64,000 nt of DNA from positions 8,852-72,851 of the forward strand of contig JARGFI010000004.1 in NCBI GenBank assembly GCA_029210745.1, read 5' to 3'. Of the stretch, positions 54,517 through 64,000 are shown in pieces. This DNA comes from Desulfuromonadales bacterium. GTDB lineage: Bacteria > Desulfobacterota > Desulfuromonadia > Desulfuromonadales > JAHYIW01. Made by a program: the position numbers and the translations under genes. The notes under the pieces are model-generated. The model was not told the DNA's origin. It worked only from the letters and a program-made list of their open reading frames with translations, and did no database searches. The stretch's first letter is position 1; every line of letters begins with the position of its first letter.

Positions 54517-55133
54517 AACGGGTTCCCCACGACGCGCAGGATGACTGCCATCGACCCGGGATCCGGGAGCAGGAAAAAGTGGCCGGTGATTGCGTCGGGA
54601 GTGTTCTGGGTGCCGTGAAAAAGCGTTTCCACCATCAATGCGTAATCGCCTTCCTGACTCAATTCGATCAGGACGTGATCCGCTATCGCTCCGGCCATAT
54701 CGTAAGCCAGGGCCGGAACCGAAGGGATCAGGGTCAAACCGAGGACTGAACCGAGGGCGTTCAGATACGCCGAGGCAAGGATGTTGCCGACCTCTTTCAG
54801 GGTGGAGGTAGCAATGTCGTCAAGCTCGCTACCCCGGTGCGCATCGCCAAGCAGAATCGTCAGTAGCCGGTTGACACTGTCAGTCGGAAAAACGAGCAAA
54901 ATATCACCTCTGGCCCCACCGAGGATCTGCAACGAAATGCCCACCACCAGCCGTTCCGGACCCCCGAGGATTTCCGGGACTGCGGCGATGTCGGTGACGG
55001 TAACATGTGGCACTTTAAGATAAATTGTTTGACCGATCAGCTGGCTCATTGCCGTCGCCGCGTGACCCATGCCGATGTTACTGACTTCTTTCAGCGCGTC
55101 GAGTTGCTGATCGGTAAGCGATTGAAAGACCAT
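54513..55133 (-). CDS. cheC: CheY-P phosphatase CheC
   Basis: It contains two copies of the CheC signature context: LKEVSNIGMGHAATAMS and LKEVGNILASAYLNAL. Confidence 0.8.
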   Translation of the reverse strand: MVFQSLTDQQLDALKEVSNIGMGHAATAMSQLIGQTIYLKVPHVTVTDIAAVPEILGGPERLVVGISLQILGGARGDILLVFPTDSVNRLLTILLGDAHRGSELDDIATSTLKEVGNILASAYLNALGSVLGLTLIPSVPALAYDMAGAIADHVLIELSQEGDYALMVETLFHGTQNTPDAITGHFFLLPDPGSMAVILRVVGNPL

Positions 55134-57035
55134 CTAGTGCTCCCGCGATTTACTCGCCACCGCCTTCAGGCGACTGGCGAGCAGGTATTGTGGGTCGATG
55201 ATAAAGATAATCCTACCGTCACCGAGGATTGTCGCACCGCTCACGCCGACCAGCAAGTCAAGCGGGAAGGACAGCGTTTTGACAAAAGCTTCGCGTTGTC
55301 CCGAAAGCCGGTCGACAACCAGTCCGACCTTTCGACCACGTGCCTCGGAAACGACAACCTGGATGGTGTCAGCGAGGGGCGGGGTGTCGATCCCGAGAAC
55401 TTTACTCAGGGATAAAAGGGGAATAATCTCTCCGTCAAAGCGGGTAACGTTCTGCCGACCGGACAATTCAATCGAGTTGCCCTCCAGTTCAAGCGTGCGA
55501 AACACCCGCGTGATAGGGATGCCGAGGGTTTCGTTGCCGCATTCAACCAGCAGGATACGAATGATAGCCACGGAGAGGGGGAGTTTTAACAAGATACGGG
55601 TTCCCTGCTTGGGACGCGAAGAAAACTCAAGCGTTCCTCCCAGGTTTTCAACGGCGGATTTAACGATATCCATGCCCACGCCACGCCCGGAGGTTTCCGT
55701 TACGCGGGTGGCGGTAGAAAACCCGGGATGACAAACCAGCTGTAAAACATCGCGAACCGGCATCGATTTAAGCTGTGTCTGGGAATAAAGACCGCTTTTC
55801 ACTGCTTTGGCGCGGATGGCGCTGATATCCATACCCACGCCATTGTCAGCAACTTCAATCAGCACGAGATCCTTCTCGCGCCACGCCTTGATGACGATTT
55901 CACCAGATTTTTCAATCCCGTGATCAATCGCATTGCGGACCATGTGCACCAGCGGGTCGGAAAGTTCTTCCAGAATCGCCCGGTCCATTTCAACGTCCAC
56001 ACCTTCGAGGCGAAGTTCGACTTGTTTGCCGGTTTTTTTGGCAAGATCACGCACCATACGTGGCAGGTGCCCGGTGATACTCTCCATCGGGGTCATGCGG
56101 ACCTGCAAAACGTGATGATGCAGATCGGTGATCAGCCTGGCGAGTTGATCGAATCCCGAGCGTACTTCATGCCACTGTTCCTGATCGGCGGCGGCCTGCA
56201 ACATGTAGCGGCTGGTCAAAAGTTCACCGGTCAGGTTGATAAACTGGTCAAGCAAACGGGTGCGTACCCGCACCGTGCGTGGCGCGTCATCTTTGCGTGA
56301 CGTCTGCGGCGCGGGATGGACCGTCGCGGCGGGGGACAGCTCACAGGTGACTTTGGCCACGTCGGTAATGCTGGCAAGCAGGGGCTGAAGATCGGCCGGA
56401 TCACGGTCGGTTATAAGCTGGATCGACAGCCCGGAGAACAGAGCGCCGGAACGTAACTCTTCTTCGCTTGGGGAACTGGAAAGAAGTTGGCCGAGACTTT
56501 TCACCTGGCGGAGAATCAGTAAGGCGCGCGCCGCCGGTGCTGCCGCATCTGCGGCCAGCGCGATCTGGATTTTCATGCTGGCTGACTCAGGCGGAGCATC
56601 GGTGCTGGGAGCGGGAGTTAGCGGGGCAACAGCAGGAACCGGTTGCTCTGGCGGTGCGGCCTGGGGAGCATTTTGCGGCGGCGCAACCGCCAGAAACTCG
56701 GTGATATCGCGTTCGGGAAGATCGGCATTTATATCCTCGACCAACCCTTCGAGGACGTCGAGACCCGCCAGCAGGCGATCTATAGCTCCGCCGGGCACAC
56801 TGCCGCTCTGGCGAAAACCGTCGAGCAGATCTTCCAGGTGATGAGCCAGATCGGCGGTTCGGACATAACCCATCGACGCCGCCATCCCTTTAATAGAATG
56901 GGCGTCACGAAAGAGGGTATCGATACACTCGCGATCGTGCGGGTTCTTCTCCAGAGCAATCAGGAGTTGTCCCATGTTTTTGAGATGTTCGTTTGTTTCG
57001 GAAAGAAACATCCCGCGGTATTTGGACATGTCCAT
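55134..57035 (-). CDS. cheA: Chemotaxis histidine kinase CheA (HPt, dimerisation, HATPase, CheW-like domains)
   Basis: The HPt site is RDAHSIKGMAASMG, followed by a Pro/Ala-rich linker. The ATPase boxes are VRNAIDHG and DNGVGMD, and a C-terminal CheW-like domain is present. Confidence 0.92.
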   Translation of the reverse strand: MDMSKYRGMFLSETNEHLKNMGQLLIALEKNPHDRECIDTLFRDAHSIKGMAASMGYVRTADLAHHLEDLLDGFRQSGSVPGGAIDRLLAGLDVLEGLVEDINADLPERDITEFLAVAPPQNAPQAAPPEQPVPAVAPLTPAPSTDAPPESASMKIQIALAADAAAPAARALLILRQVKSLGQLLSSSPSEEELRSGALFSGLSIQLITDRDPADLQPLLASITDVAKVTCELSPAATVHPAPQTSRKDDAPRTVRVRTRLLDQFINLTGELLTSRYMLQAAADQEQWHEVRSGFDQLARLITDLHHHVLQVRMTPMESITGHLPRMVRDLAKKTGKQVELRLEGVDVEMDRAILEELSDPLVHMVRNAIDHGIEKSGEIVIKAWREKDLVLIEVADNGVGMDISAIRAKAVKSGLYSQTQLKSMPVRDVLQLVCHPGFSTATRVTETSGRGVGMDIVKSAVENLGGTLEFSSRPKQGTRILLKLPLSVAIIRILLVECGNETLGIPITRVFRTLELEGNSIELSGRQNVTRFDGEIIPLLSLSKVLGIDTPPLADTIQVVVSEARGRKVGLVVDRLSGQREAFVKTLSFPLDLLVGVSGATILGDGRIIFIIDPQYLLASRLKAVASKSREH

Positions 57036-57058
57036 AGTGGCGTTCCTGAAACGATACC

Positions 57059-57430
57059 TCAGCGGGAGGCAGTGACGATGCGGCGAACGATTTCCAACAC
57101 CTGTTCTTCCTTAAACGGCTTGACGATAAAGTCCTTTGCCCCGGTTTCAACGGCTTCGACAACCAACGCCTCCTGCCCGAGAGCACTGCACATGACGATG
57201 TTGGCCTCAGGGAATTCGTGAATGATTTCGCCAAGAGCCTCGATACCGCTTTTTAACGGCATGACGATATCCATGGTGACCAGATCAGGGCGGATGTCGC
57301 GGTAACGTTCGACAGCTTCGACGCCGTTCGTTGCTTCCCCGACAACTTCAAGCCCGCCCTTGATCATGATTTCCTTGAGCATGTTGCGCATAAACAGGGC
57401 ATCGTCTACGATCATCACCCTAACAGCCAT
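57059..57430 (-). CDS. cheY: Chemotaxis response regulator CheY
   Basis: It is a 123-aa single receiver domain with MIVDDALFMR...DLVTMDIVMP...KPF. Confidence 0.85.
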   Translation of the reverse strand: MAVRVMIVDDALFMRNMLKEIMIKGGLEVVGEATNGVEAVERYRDIRPDLVTMDIVMPLKSGIEALGEIIHEFPEANIVMCSALGQEALVVEAVETGAKDFIVKPFKEEQVLEIVRRIVTASR

Positions 57431-57445
57431 TCCTGCCTCCTGTCA

Positions 57446-57868
57446 TCAGTCTTCACCCAGGGATGATAATAGTTGTGGAACGTCGAGTAGATTAATCATC
57501 CCCTCATCACTGGTTAATACGCCGTGGATCAGTTGTTTGCTGCTGACCTCCGGTGTAACCGGCTGCATCCCCTCGGTGTCGAGGGAAACAATCGCCCCGA
57601 CTGAAGTAAACGCCAGCCCCAGCGTTGCGATATTCAGGGAGAGGATAGCGACGCGCGCATCGTGCTGGTCTCCCTCGTAGCCAATCAGCGCGGCGAGATC
57701 AACAATCGGCACGACATTGCCGTGAAAATTGATTGCACCGAAGAGGTGTCGCGGAGCCCGGGGGATATAGTGAAATGTCGGCGACTCGACAATTTCCTGG
57801 ATGTAATCAATATGCAGCCCGAACAGTTCACGATCGAGGTGAAAAAGCAGAAACTGTTCCACCGTCAA
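57446..57868 (-). CDS. cheW: Chemotaxis coupling protein CheW
   Basis: It is 140 aa, and the sequence [21 protein letters not shown] is typical of CheW. Confidence 0.85.
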   Translation of the reverse strand: MTVEQFLLFHLDRELFGLHIDYIQEIVESPTFHYIPRAPRHLFGAINFHGNVVPIVDLAALIGYEGDQHDARVAILSLNIATLGLAFTSVGAIVSLDTEGMQPVTPEVSSKQLIHGVLTSDEGMINLLDVPQLLSSLGED

Positions 57869-59154
57869 TCCTCAATCACTTCTGCATCTGTGGCGTCTTC
57901 AAGCTTGAATCGTTCGACGACTTCCAGCAACTCTTCAGAAAGGGCGGAAAGCTCATTCGCGGCGTGTGACATTTCTTCCATTGAGGCGGATTGTTCTTGC
58001 GTCACTGCGGAAACTTCCTCCGTTGCCGCCGCGTTGTCAGAGACAACCTTGGCAATTTCCTCAATCGTCTGTACCATGTTTTTGGAGCTGCTGAGCTGTT
58101 TCTGCGAAAGTTCCGCGATGCTGGTCGCCTTGATTTGGGTGTTTTTTGCGGTATCGATGATTTTTTCAAACGATTGGCTGTTGATATCGATCGCCTGATG
58201 GCTGCTATCCATCTCTTTGATCGTTTCCCGCATCGACACCTGGATATCCGTACTCTCGGCGCGGATCATCTCAATCAGGCGGGTAATCTCCAAAGCGGAC
58301 GCCCCCGTCGAATCGGCCAACTTGCGGATTTCCTCGGCGACCACCGCGAAACCACGACCGTATTCACCGGCGCGGGCGGCCTCAATGGTCGCGTTCAGGG
58401 ACAGCAAGTTGGTCTTTTGTGCAATCCCGGTGATGAACTCGACGATCGTTCCGACTTTTTGCACCTGGGCACTGAAGGCCAGGATCTTTTCGCCGTTGGT
58501 TTCAACATTGGCGAGCACCTGTTTCATCTTGGTCATCGTTTCGCGGGCGTTGTCTCCCCCGCTCTGAGCCGCGCTGGCTGTTTCGCTGGCCGAAGCGGCA
58601 AGCTTGTTGGCCGAGGAGGCGATCAGGTCGATCGAGACCGCGATTTCCTTGATCAGGCGGGTCGAACGTTCAACCATCTCCGACTGCGTCTCCGCGCCGC
58701 GGCTGATCTGTTCAACGGTGCCCGCAACTTCGTTGGTCGAGGCGGTCATTTGCTCCGAGGTTGTTGAAAGCCCTTGTGCCGAATGAGTAACTTTCTCTGC
58801 CGTCGTACGGATATAACCGAGGAGTTCGCGCAGGCTGTGAACGACCGTGTTAAGCGAAGCAGCAAGGTCGCTGGTCTCGTCAGGAAAGCGCCCGGCATTT
58901 ATTTTAATGTCCTGCGACAAATCCCCTTCTCCCAGCCGGTGCGCCGCCCCGGTCAATATCCTGATATTGCCGGTAAAGGCCTTGGCGAAGGCCGCCCCCA
59001 GAACCAGCCCGACAAGAATGGCACAGCCGACGGAAAACAGTTGTTGCCATTCCGGGGGCACGCCGGTCAGCGGAGTGATGATGTTGACCAGAACAATCGA
59101 ACCGATAACAACGATAAAACCGAGGATGAATTTATAACTGATCTCTACGCGCAT
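57865..59154 (-). CDS. Methyl-accepting chemotaxis protein with a minimal extracytoplasmic loop (2 TM + HAMP + MA domain)
   Basis: Two TM helices are separated by about 10 residues, followed by HAMP. The conserved hairpin tip is [36 protein letters not shown]. Confidence 0.88.
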   Translation of the reverse strand: MRVEISYKFILGFIVVIGSIVLVNIITPLTGVPPEWQQLFSVGCAILVGLVLGAAFAKAFTGNIRILTGAAHRLGEGDLSQDIKINAGRFPDETSDLAASLNTVVHSLRELLGYIRTTAEKVTHSAQGLSTTSEQMTASTNEVAGTVEQISRGAETQSEMVERSTRLIKEIAVSIDLIASSANKLAASASETASAAQSGGDNARETMTKMKQVLANVETNGEKILAFSAQVQKVGTIVEFITGIAQKTNLLSLNATIEAARAGEYGRGFAVVAEEIRKLADSTGASALEITRLIEMIRAESTDIQVSMRETIKEMDSSHQAIDINSQSFEKIIDTAKNTQIKATSIAELSQKQLSSSKNMVQTIEEIAKVVSDNAAATEEVSAVTQEQSASMEEMSHAANELSALSEELLEVVERFKLEDATDAEVIED

Positions 59155-59223
59155 TTATCCTCTCCTTCTAATAAAATCGATTGGCGGAATTATAGCAAAA
59201 TTATCACGCTTAAACAGGATATT

Positions 59224-60084
59224 TTAATACGCCTCGGCCAAGGTCCGCCGGTAAATGCGTTCCGCGGGCGATTCAACGGTGAAGAGGCGTCTGGTGTTCC
59301 CCTGAAGCGTCTCCGCCCGGCCAAGAATGAGATAGCCTTCGGAATTAAGCGCCTTGGCGAAGCGGTGAAAAACGTTTTCCTGCTCCTCCCGGGAGAAGTA
59401 GATCATCACATTCCGACACATAATCATGTCGCAAGCAGGAAAAAGATCTTTGCCAAGAATATTATGCTGGCGAAAGGTCACCATTTTACGGATTCTTTTC
59501 GCGAGATGATAGTGGCGATCCTCCTTGACAAAGTAACGTGCAAGAATTTCCGGCGGGACTTCGACGAGGCGCTGCTCCTCATAGCACCCCTGACTGGCCT
59601 GATGAATAATGTCATCACTCAGATCGGTCGCGAGGATTTTTACTCCCAGCCCCTTGCGGTCAAGATTGTCGAGCAATAAAGCCAGAGAATACGGTTCCTC
59701 TCCTCCGGCACAACCGACACTCCAGATGTTGATCTCGCTGCGCCCGAAAGCGTGCAGTTTGTTGATCAGCAGTGGAAGAATCTTCTCTTCCAGCAGAATA
59801 AATGTTGACGGGTTGCGGAAGAACTGGGAGACGTGAATCATCAATGCCTCGACCAGCGAATCAACCTCCTGTTCGCTTCGGTGCAACAGGGCAATATAGG
59901 AAGTTGCCTCATGGAATCCGCAGCGCCGAATCCGGGTAGCGATCCGGCGTTTAAGACAACGATCTTTATACATGTCAAGATCAAGATCGCGGCGTGCCAA
60001 CAACAACGCGCGAATCTCGGCGAAGGCGTCGTCAGGAAATTCCGAACCGACAAGAGGTTCACTGTCGGCAGATTGCTTCTTCAT
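59224..60084 (-). CDS. cheR: Chemotaxis protein methyltransferase CheR
   Basis: I prefer the ATG at 60084 (MKKQSADSEP). The SAM-binding region is IWSVGCAGGEEPYSLA, and FCRNVMIYF-like CRNVMIYFS is present. Confidence 0.85.
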   Translation of the reverse strand: MKKQSADSEPLVGSEFPDDAFAEIRALLLARRDLDLDMYKDRCLKRRIATRIRRCGFHEATSYIALLHRSEQEVDSLVEALMIHVSQFFRNPSTFILLEEKILPLLINKLHAFGRSEINIWSVGCAGGEEPYSLALLLDNLDRKGLGVKILATDLSDDIIHQASQGCYEEQRLVEVPPEILARYFVKEDRHYHLAKRIRKMVTFRQHNILGKDLFPACDMIMCRNVMIYFSREEQENVFHRFAKALNSEGYLILGRAETLQGNTRRLFTVESPAERIYRRTLAEAY

Positions 60085-60196
60085 GGGATAGAAATATACC
60101 TCCGAAACTGCATTAGAGCATAAGAAAGGCGGTAAAGAAAGATCAAACCTCAGCAAAAACAGGTGAATGATCAAATTTCAGGGTTATTTCCCCAGG

Positions 60197-61198
60197 TCAG
60201 TCGCAAAAATGGTTGTAGCCTTTGGCAGGAAGATCAAACGCTCTATCCAGGTGGTCGGTCATTTGTCGCGCAGCGGGATCTGCCAAGAGGGTGCCGATAC
60301 AGGTTATCGGCAGGCCAGTGGTTGCCGATAACTGTTCGATGGCCACCGCTTTTTCTGCGGGCGAGCTGAAAAGCAATTCGTAATCTTCTCCGCCGTTCAG
60401 GGCCAGGTTCAACAGCTCAGGATCGTTGGACAGGGACGCGGCAAAGGCCTTCGATAACGGCAACGCCCGACCGTCAAGGCGGCACCCCACTGCTGAGGCA
60501 GTCAAGAGATGTTCCAGATCACCCAGCAGTCCATCAGAAATATCAAGCATCGCCGTGGCCAGATGAAGGCGGGCCAGTTCACGACCGATCAACGTGCGCG
60601 CGGCCGGGTTGTGATGACGTTGCGCCAGTGCCTCGGGAGGGCGCTCCCCACGTTGCAGCAGCGCCAGGGCCAAGGCGCTGTCGCCGATGGTGCCGGTGAC
60701 GTAAAGCCGTTCACCGGCATGCGCCCCGGCACGGGAAATCATTTCGTCAGGGGGGACTGAGCCGAGGATCGTCACGGCGACAAAAAGTGGTCCGGGGGAA
60801 CGGCAGGTATCACCACCAATCAGCGCAACGTCGTAGTCTTTGGCCGCGGCACCGACGCCAGCGAAGAACTGCTCGATATGGTCCACAGGATGATCCTTGG
60901 TCAGTCCGAGACCCAGGGTGATATAGCGCGGCGTTCCGCCCATGGCGGCAATATCGCTGACGTTGACACTGATACACTTGCGACCGAGCATGAACCAGTC
61001 GGTCCAGTCGAGACGAAAATGGATCGATTCCAGCAGCAGGTCAGTGCTGGTCAGCAGCAGGTCAGTGGCTGGCAGCACCACAGCCGCGCAGTCATCACCG
61101 ATCCCGAGGACCACGTCCGGCTGCGTTGCGGTGCCTTTGCGGATGCGTTCGATCAGACCGAACTCACCGATATCAAAGAGTTTTATTTTTCGGTTCAT
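60197..61198 (-). CDS. thiL: Thiamine-monophosphate kinase
   Basis: I prefer the ATG at 61198 (MNRKIKLFDIGEFGLIERI), because the 59-aa N-terminal extension in the track is implausible. The AIR-synthase-like motifs GDDCAV and VNVSDIAAMGG are present. Confidence 0.85.
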   Translation of the reverse strand: MNRKIKLFDIGEFGLIERIRKGTATQPDVVLGIGDDCAAVVLPATDLLLTSTDLLLESIHFRLDWTDWFMLGRKCISVNVSDIAAMGGTPRYITLGLGLTKDHPVDHIEQFFAGVGAAAKDYDVALIGGDTCRSPGPLFVAVTILGSVPPDEMISRAGAHAGERLYVTGTIGDSALALALLQRGERPPEALAQRHHNPAARTLIGRELARLHLATAMLDISDGLLGDLEHLLTASAVGCRLDGRALPLSKAFAASLSNDPELLNLALNGGEDYELLFSSPAEKAVAIEQLSATTGLPITCIGTLLADPAARQMTDHLDRAFDLPAKGYNHFCD

Positions 61199-61232
61199 AC
61201 GTTGTCGGGTATGCTGTTGAGCAGGGACAGGA

Positions 61233-61937
61233 TCAGATGTCTTCACGCAAGGCGCCGAGAACGCCCGGCGAAAGAGAAAAGAAGGTAAGCCCTTCACTGA
61301 AGACCCAGCCGGGGATTTTTTTGCGGACCCGGGATAAATAATCGATAATGATAAAGTCGCGCACTTGTTGACCAATTTCCGGCGCTATGCGCTGAAATTG
61401 AAGCCCGATCTGAGAACCGTTGACTTCATGGTTGGAGGAAACATAGGAAACCTTGCTTTGCAGCAGGACGGTTCTATTGCGCAAACGAAGCTGCAGCAGC
61501 ATTTCTTCCTCTTTGATCAGTTCAAAGGGCAGATGGATTCGGCAGCCGAGGTCAGACAGATTAATCAGGGTCGCGGTGACTGCCCGGTTGCGAACTTTGA
61601 GTTTGACATTCAGGTCCAGATTGATGCGCAGATGACACCGCGATGGTTTGAAAAAATAAGCTTCGAGAGTGCGCCACAACCGTTCAAGTGAAAGCGGGAA
61701 AACGAACGTATTTCGCTCCTCGTTGTCTGTCGAACCGATACGCAAAACTTCAGCCCATCCCTTCCCGGCGATACAACCCTCCTCCGCCAGTAACAGTGCA
61801 GAGGGGGCGGGGGTGTCGCTGATCTGGTGTCCCCACTCCTCAAGCAATGCGCCGAGAAAGATGCCCAACGCTTCGGAGCGGGTGGCGAGGCCGACGAACT
61901 TGCGCTCGCGTCGCGATGTGCTGTTCAGGATTCCCAT
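61233..61937 (-). CDS. PilZ-domain (c-di-GMP-binding type) protein with an uncharacterised N-terminal domain
   Basis: The C-terminal half carries both PilZ signature elements: RCHLR (RxxxR) and NLSDLG ((D/N)xSxxG). I do not recognise the N-terminal ~100 aa. Confidence 0.6.
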   Translation of the reverse strand: MGILNSTSRRERKFVGLATRSEALGIFLGALLEEWGHQISDTPAPSALLLAEEGCIAGKGWAEVLRIGSTDNEERNTFVFPLSLERLWRTLEAYFFKPSRCHLRINLDLNVKLKVRNRAVTATLINLSDLGCRIHLPFELIKEEEMLLQLRLRNRTVLLQSKVSYVSSNHEVNGSQIGLQFQRIAPEIGQQVRDFIIIDYLSRVRKKIPGWVFSEGLTFFSLSPGVLGALREDI

Positions 61938-62010
61938 AAATTTATTTCCATACTGCTGTGCTCTTTACGCTGGTTGAATTCTAGCCCAGACCGATCGGGT
62001 TGCCAAGATA

Positions 62011-62772
62011 CTAAAAGAAATTTAACGTATTATCGAGCAGATGACGCGGCTGAACGTTTCCCAGGGCATGCAAAACACTGCGGCGCAGGTGAGGAATATC
62101 GGTAGCGAGTTCCTTGACCAGCCGCTTCATGCGCTGGCGTTGCTGGTCGATCTGACCACAGACCGGACAGGCGCAGCAGATTATCGGCAGCGCATTGCGT
62201 TGCGCAAAGGTGATAATATCCTGTTCTTCGACATAGACCAGGGGGCGAATGACCGTGTGGATGCCGTTGTCCGCAACCAGCTTGGGGCTCATCGCTTTTA
62301 ATGCACCGCCGTAAAATTGATTGAGCAGCAGGGTCTCAATAAAATCATCCAGATGGTGACCGAGAGCGATCTTGTTGCAGCCAAGCTTTGTCGCCAGAGT
62401 GTAAAGAGCACCACGGCGCAGGCGGGCGCAGAAGGAACAGTAGGAGGTGCCGGGGCGACGCCTGGCCTCAATTATTTCGTACCCGTTCGTTTCTTCCAGC
62501 CGATAGGCGAAAGCGAACTGTTGCAGATGTTCTTCCAGGCGCTCCTTGCGATAGCCCGGATAGCCAACGTCGACATTTACCGCAATCAGCTCAAACGTGA
62601 TCGGAGCCCGGCGGCGGAGTGCGTCGAGCAGGTGGAGCAAGGTATACGAATCCTTCCCCCCCGACACCGCGACCGCAATGCGATCACCCTCTGCGATCAG
62701 TTCGAAATCTCCGATCGCCTGACCGGTGAGTTTTTTGAGTTTACGAAACAGGGCGTCTTCGGTAATCGCCAT
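62011..62772 (-). CDS. ttcA: tRNA 2-thiocytidine(32) synthetase TtcA
   Basis: I prefer the ATG at 62772 (GGAGG RBS). It has the PP-loop SGGKDS and Fe-S cysteine motifs CSFCARLRRG and CCACPVCG. Confidence 0.85.
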   Translation of the reverse strand: MAITEDALFRKLKKLTGQAIGDFELIAEGDRIAVAVSGGKDSYTLLHLLDALRRRAPITFELIAVNVDVGYPGYRKERLEEHLQQFAFAYRLEETNGYEIIEARRRPGTSYCSFCARLRRGALYTLATKLGCNKIALGHHLDDFIETLLLNQFYGGALKAMSPKLVADNGIHTVIRPLVYVEEQDIITFAQRNALPIICCACPVCGQIDQQRQRMKRLVKELATDIPHLRRSVLHALGNVQPRHLLDNTLNFF

Positions 62773-62844
62773 GTCGCCTCCACAGGACTGAAGCAAGGCG
62801 CTTATGTGTAGTCGATACGCAAAAAAATGCAAAGTGAAAGCTCG

Positions 62845-62880
62845 CGAAAAAGGGGCGACCTGCTGGTCGCCCCTTTTTCG
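62845..62880 (-). terminator. Terminator downstream of pckA (symmetric, with U-tracts on both strands)
   Basis: The stem is CGAAAAAGGGGCGACC-tgct-GGTCGCCCCTTTTTCG. Confidence 0.7.
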
Positions 62881-62898
62881 CAAAGCAACGGCTGCGGT

Positions 62899-64000
62899 TT
62901 AAATTTGCGGCCCGGCCTGAGTGAAGTCGAAGGTATTGTCGTCCTTGATGTACTTCTTGAAGTTGTCGATGAACATTCCGGCCAATTTTCTTGCCGTCGC
63001 ATCGAACGCATCCTTGTTGGCCCAGGCATTACGCGGGTTGAGTACCTTGCTGTCGACATCCGGCAGTTCCTTGGGCATCTTCAATCGAAACCAGCGCGAT
63101 TGCTCAAACTCGGTCTGTTCGATGGTTCCGTCAAGGATCGCATTGACGCAGGCGCGAGTCGCGGCGATACTCATCCGTTGGCCGACACCGTAGCCACCAC
63201 CGGTCCAGCCGGTGTTGACCAGATAGGCGTTGACATTGTGCCGGGCCATCTTTTCACCGAGAAGCTCGGCGTAAACGGTTGGGTGCAGGGGGAGAAAAGC
63301 TTCACCGAAACAGGCGGAGAAGGTTGCCTGTGGTTCAGTAACGCCGCGCTCCGTGCCGGCAACCTTGGCGGTGTAGCCGGAGAGAAAGTAGTACATGGCC
63401 TGGTCCCTGCTCAGCTTGGAGACCGGAGGCAACACGCCAAAAGCGTCACAGGTAAGAAAAATAATATTCTTTGGATGTCCTGCCTTGAGACGGGGTTCAT
63501 GGTTGGCGATATGCTCAATCGGATAAGACACCCGGGTATTCTCGGTTTTTGACCCGTCGGCAAAGTCGATCACGCCGTCTTCGTCGTAGACGACATTTTC
63601 CAGCAGGGCATCACGCCGGATGGCGTGGAAGATCTCCGGTTCACTCTCTTCGGCGAGGCCGATGCATTTGGCGTAGCAGCCCCCTTCAAAGTTGAAAATA
63701 CCGTCATCATCCCAACCATGCTCATCGTCGCCAATCAGTTTACGCCTGGCGTCAGTCGAGAGGGTGGTTTTGCCGGTGCCGGAGAGGCCAAAGAACAGGC
63801 AGACATCGCCGCTCTTGCAGACGTTCGCCGAGCAATGCATGGAGAGGATGTTTTCCAGCGGCAGCCAGTAGTTCATCATGGTAAAGATGCCCTTCTTCAT
63901 TTCGCCGCCATACCACGTGCCGCCGATGATAGCGACATTCTTCTCAACATTGAAAACGCAGAAGACCTCGGAATTCAGACCATGTTTCTCCCAATTCTTG
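62899..64000 (-). CDS. pckA: Phosphoenolpyruvate carboxykinase (ATP), C-terminal ~365 codons; the gene continues past the right edge
   Basis: The track clips it at an internal Met (63900). The frame stays open to 64000, reading ...[24 protein letters not shown]. The kinase-1a motif [11 protein letters not shown] is present. Confidence 0.9.
   Translation of the reverse strand, partial: KNWEKHGLNSEVFCVFNVEKNVAIIGGTWYGGEMKKGIFTMMNYWLPLENILSMHCSANVCKSGDVCLFFGLSGTGKTTLSTDARRKLIGDDEHGWDDDGIFNFEGGCYAKCIGLAEESEPEIFHAIRRDALLENVVYDEDGVIDFADGSKTENTRVSYPIEHIANHEPRLKAGHPKNIIFLTCDAFGVLPPVSKLSRDQAMYYFLSGYTAKVAGTERGVTEPQATFSACFGEAFLPLHPTVYAELLGEKMARHNVNAYLVNTGWTGGGYGVGQRMSIAATRACVNAILDGTIEQTEFEQSRWFRLKMPKELPDVDSKVLNPRNAWANKDAFDATARKLAGMFIDNFKKYIKDDNTFDFTQAGPQI

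Overview
This window covers the chromosomal replication-origin neighbourhood of a high-GC bacterium. Sampled 60-nt lines outside the origin core run about 55-58% GC. Gene content and protein motifs look Desulfuromonadales/Geobacter-like, but that taxonomy is inference only.

Gene orientation flips at about 31.7-32.0 kb. From 19.0 to 31.7 kb every gene is on the minus strand: nth, EEP nuclease, cyclophilin, gpsA, a TPR protein, gyrA, gyrB, recF, dnaN, dnaA. From 32.0 to 47.3 kb every gene is on the plus strand: rpmH, rnpA, yidD, yidC, jag, mnmE, mnmG, rsmG, parA, parB, a bactofilin, and atpF'-F-H-A-G-D-C.

The left flank (1-19 kb) holds:
- the 5' part of a giant cyclic-beta-1,2-glucan-synthase-like gene, which is edge-truncated and absent from the ORF track
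- an orphan T5-type dNMP-kinase-like gene and a 59-aa Cys-rich ORF
- yceI and gabD
- a TRAP transporter with two tandem DctP paralogues plus a USP
- cysDN and a beta-hydroxyacid dehydrogenase
- a cytochrome bd operon with two small accessory ORFs

The right flank (47-64 kb) holds:
- a FadR/GntR regulator and a sugar nucleotidyltransferase
- a lipoprotein / Gx-transporter / NusG_II / ApbE module
- rimO and a LolA-like gene
- a cheD-cheC-cheA-cheY-cheW-mcp-cheR cluster
- thiL, a PilZ protein, ttcA and an edge-truncated pckA

I found no tRNA or rRNA genes, CRISPR arrays, transposases or integrases.

The most unusual signal is compositional. recF-dnaN-dnaA and their spacers (about 27.85-32.3 kb) sit in a sharp low-GC trough, with sampled lines at 22-40% GC. 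Its right edge falls inside rnpA, exactly where rnpA also lacks any canonical in-frame start codon. Its left edge fades through the 5' third of gyrB.

Other points worth a second look:
- DnaA boxes, and a candidate second origin half in the dnaA-dnaN spacer
- a perfect 22-bp parS palindrome
- a structured cysDN leader
- a GTATAC palindrome array in the atp leader
- several small ORFs below the track cutoff

All coordinates of hairpins and motifs were counted by hand and may be off by 1-2 nt. No database searches or computations were run.
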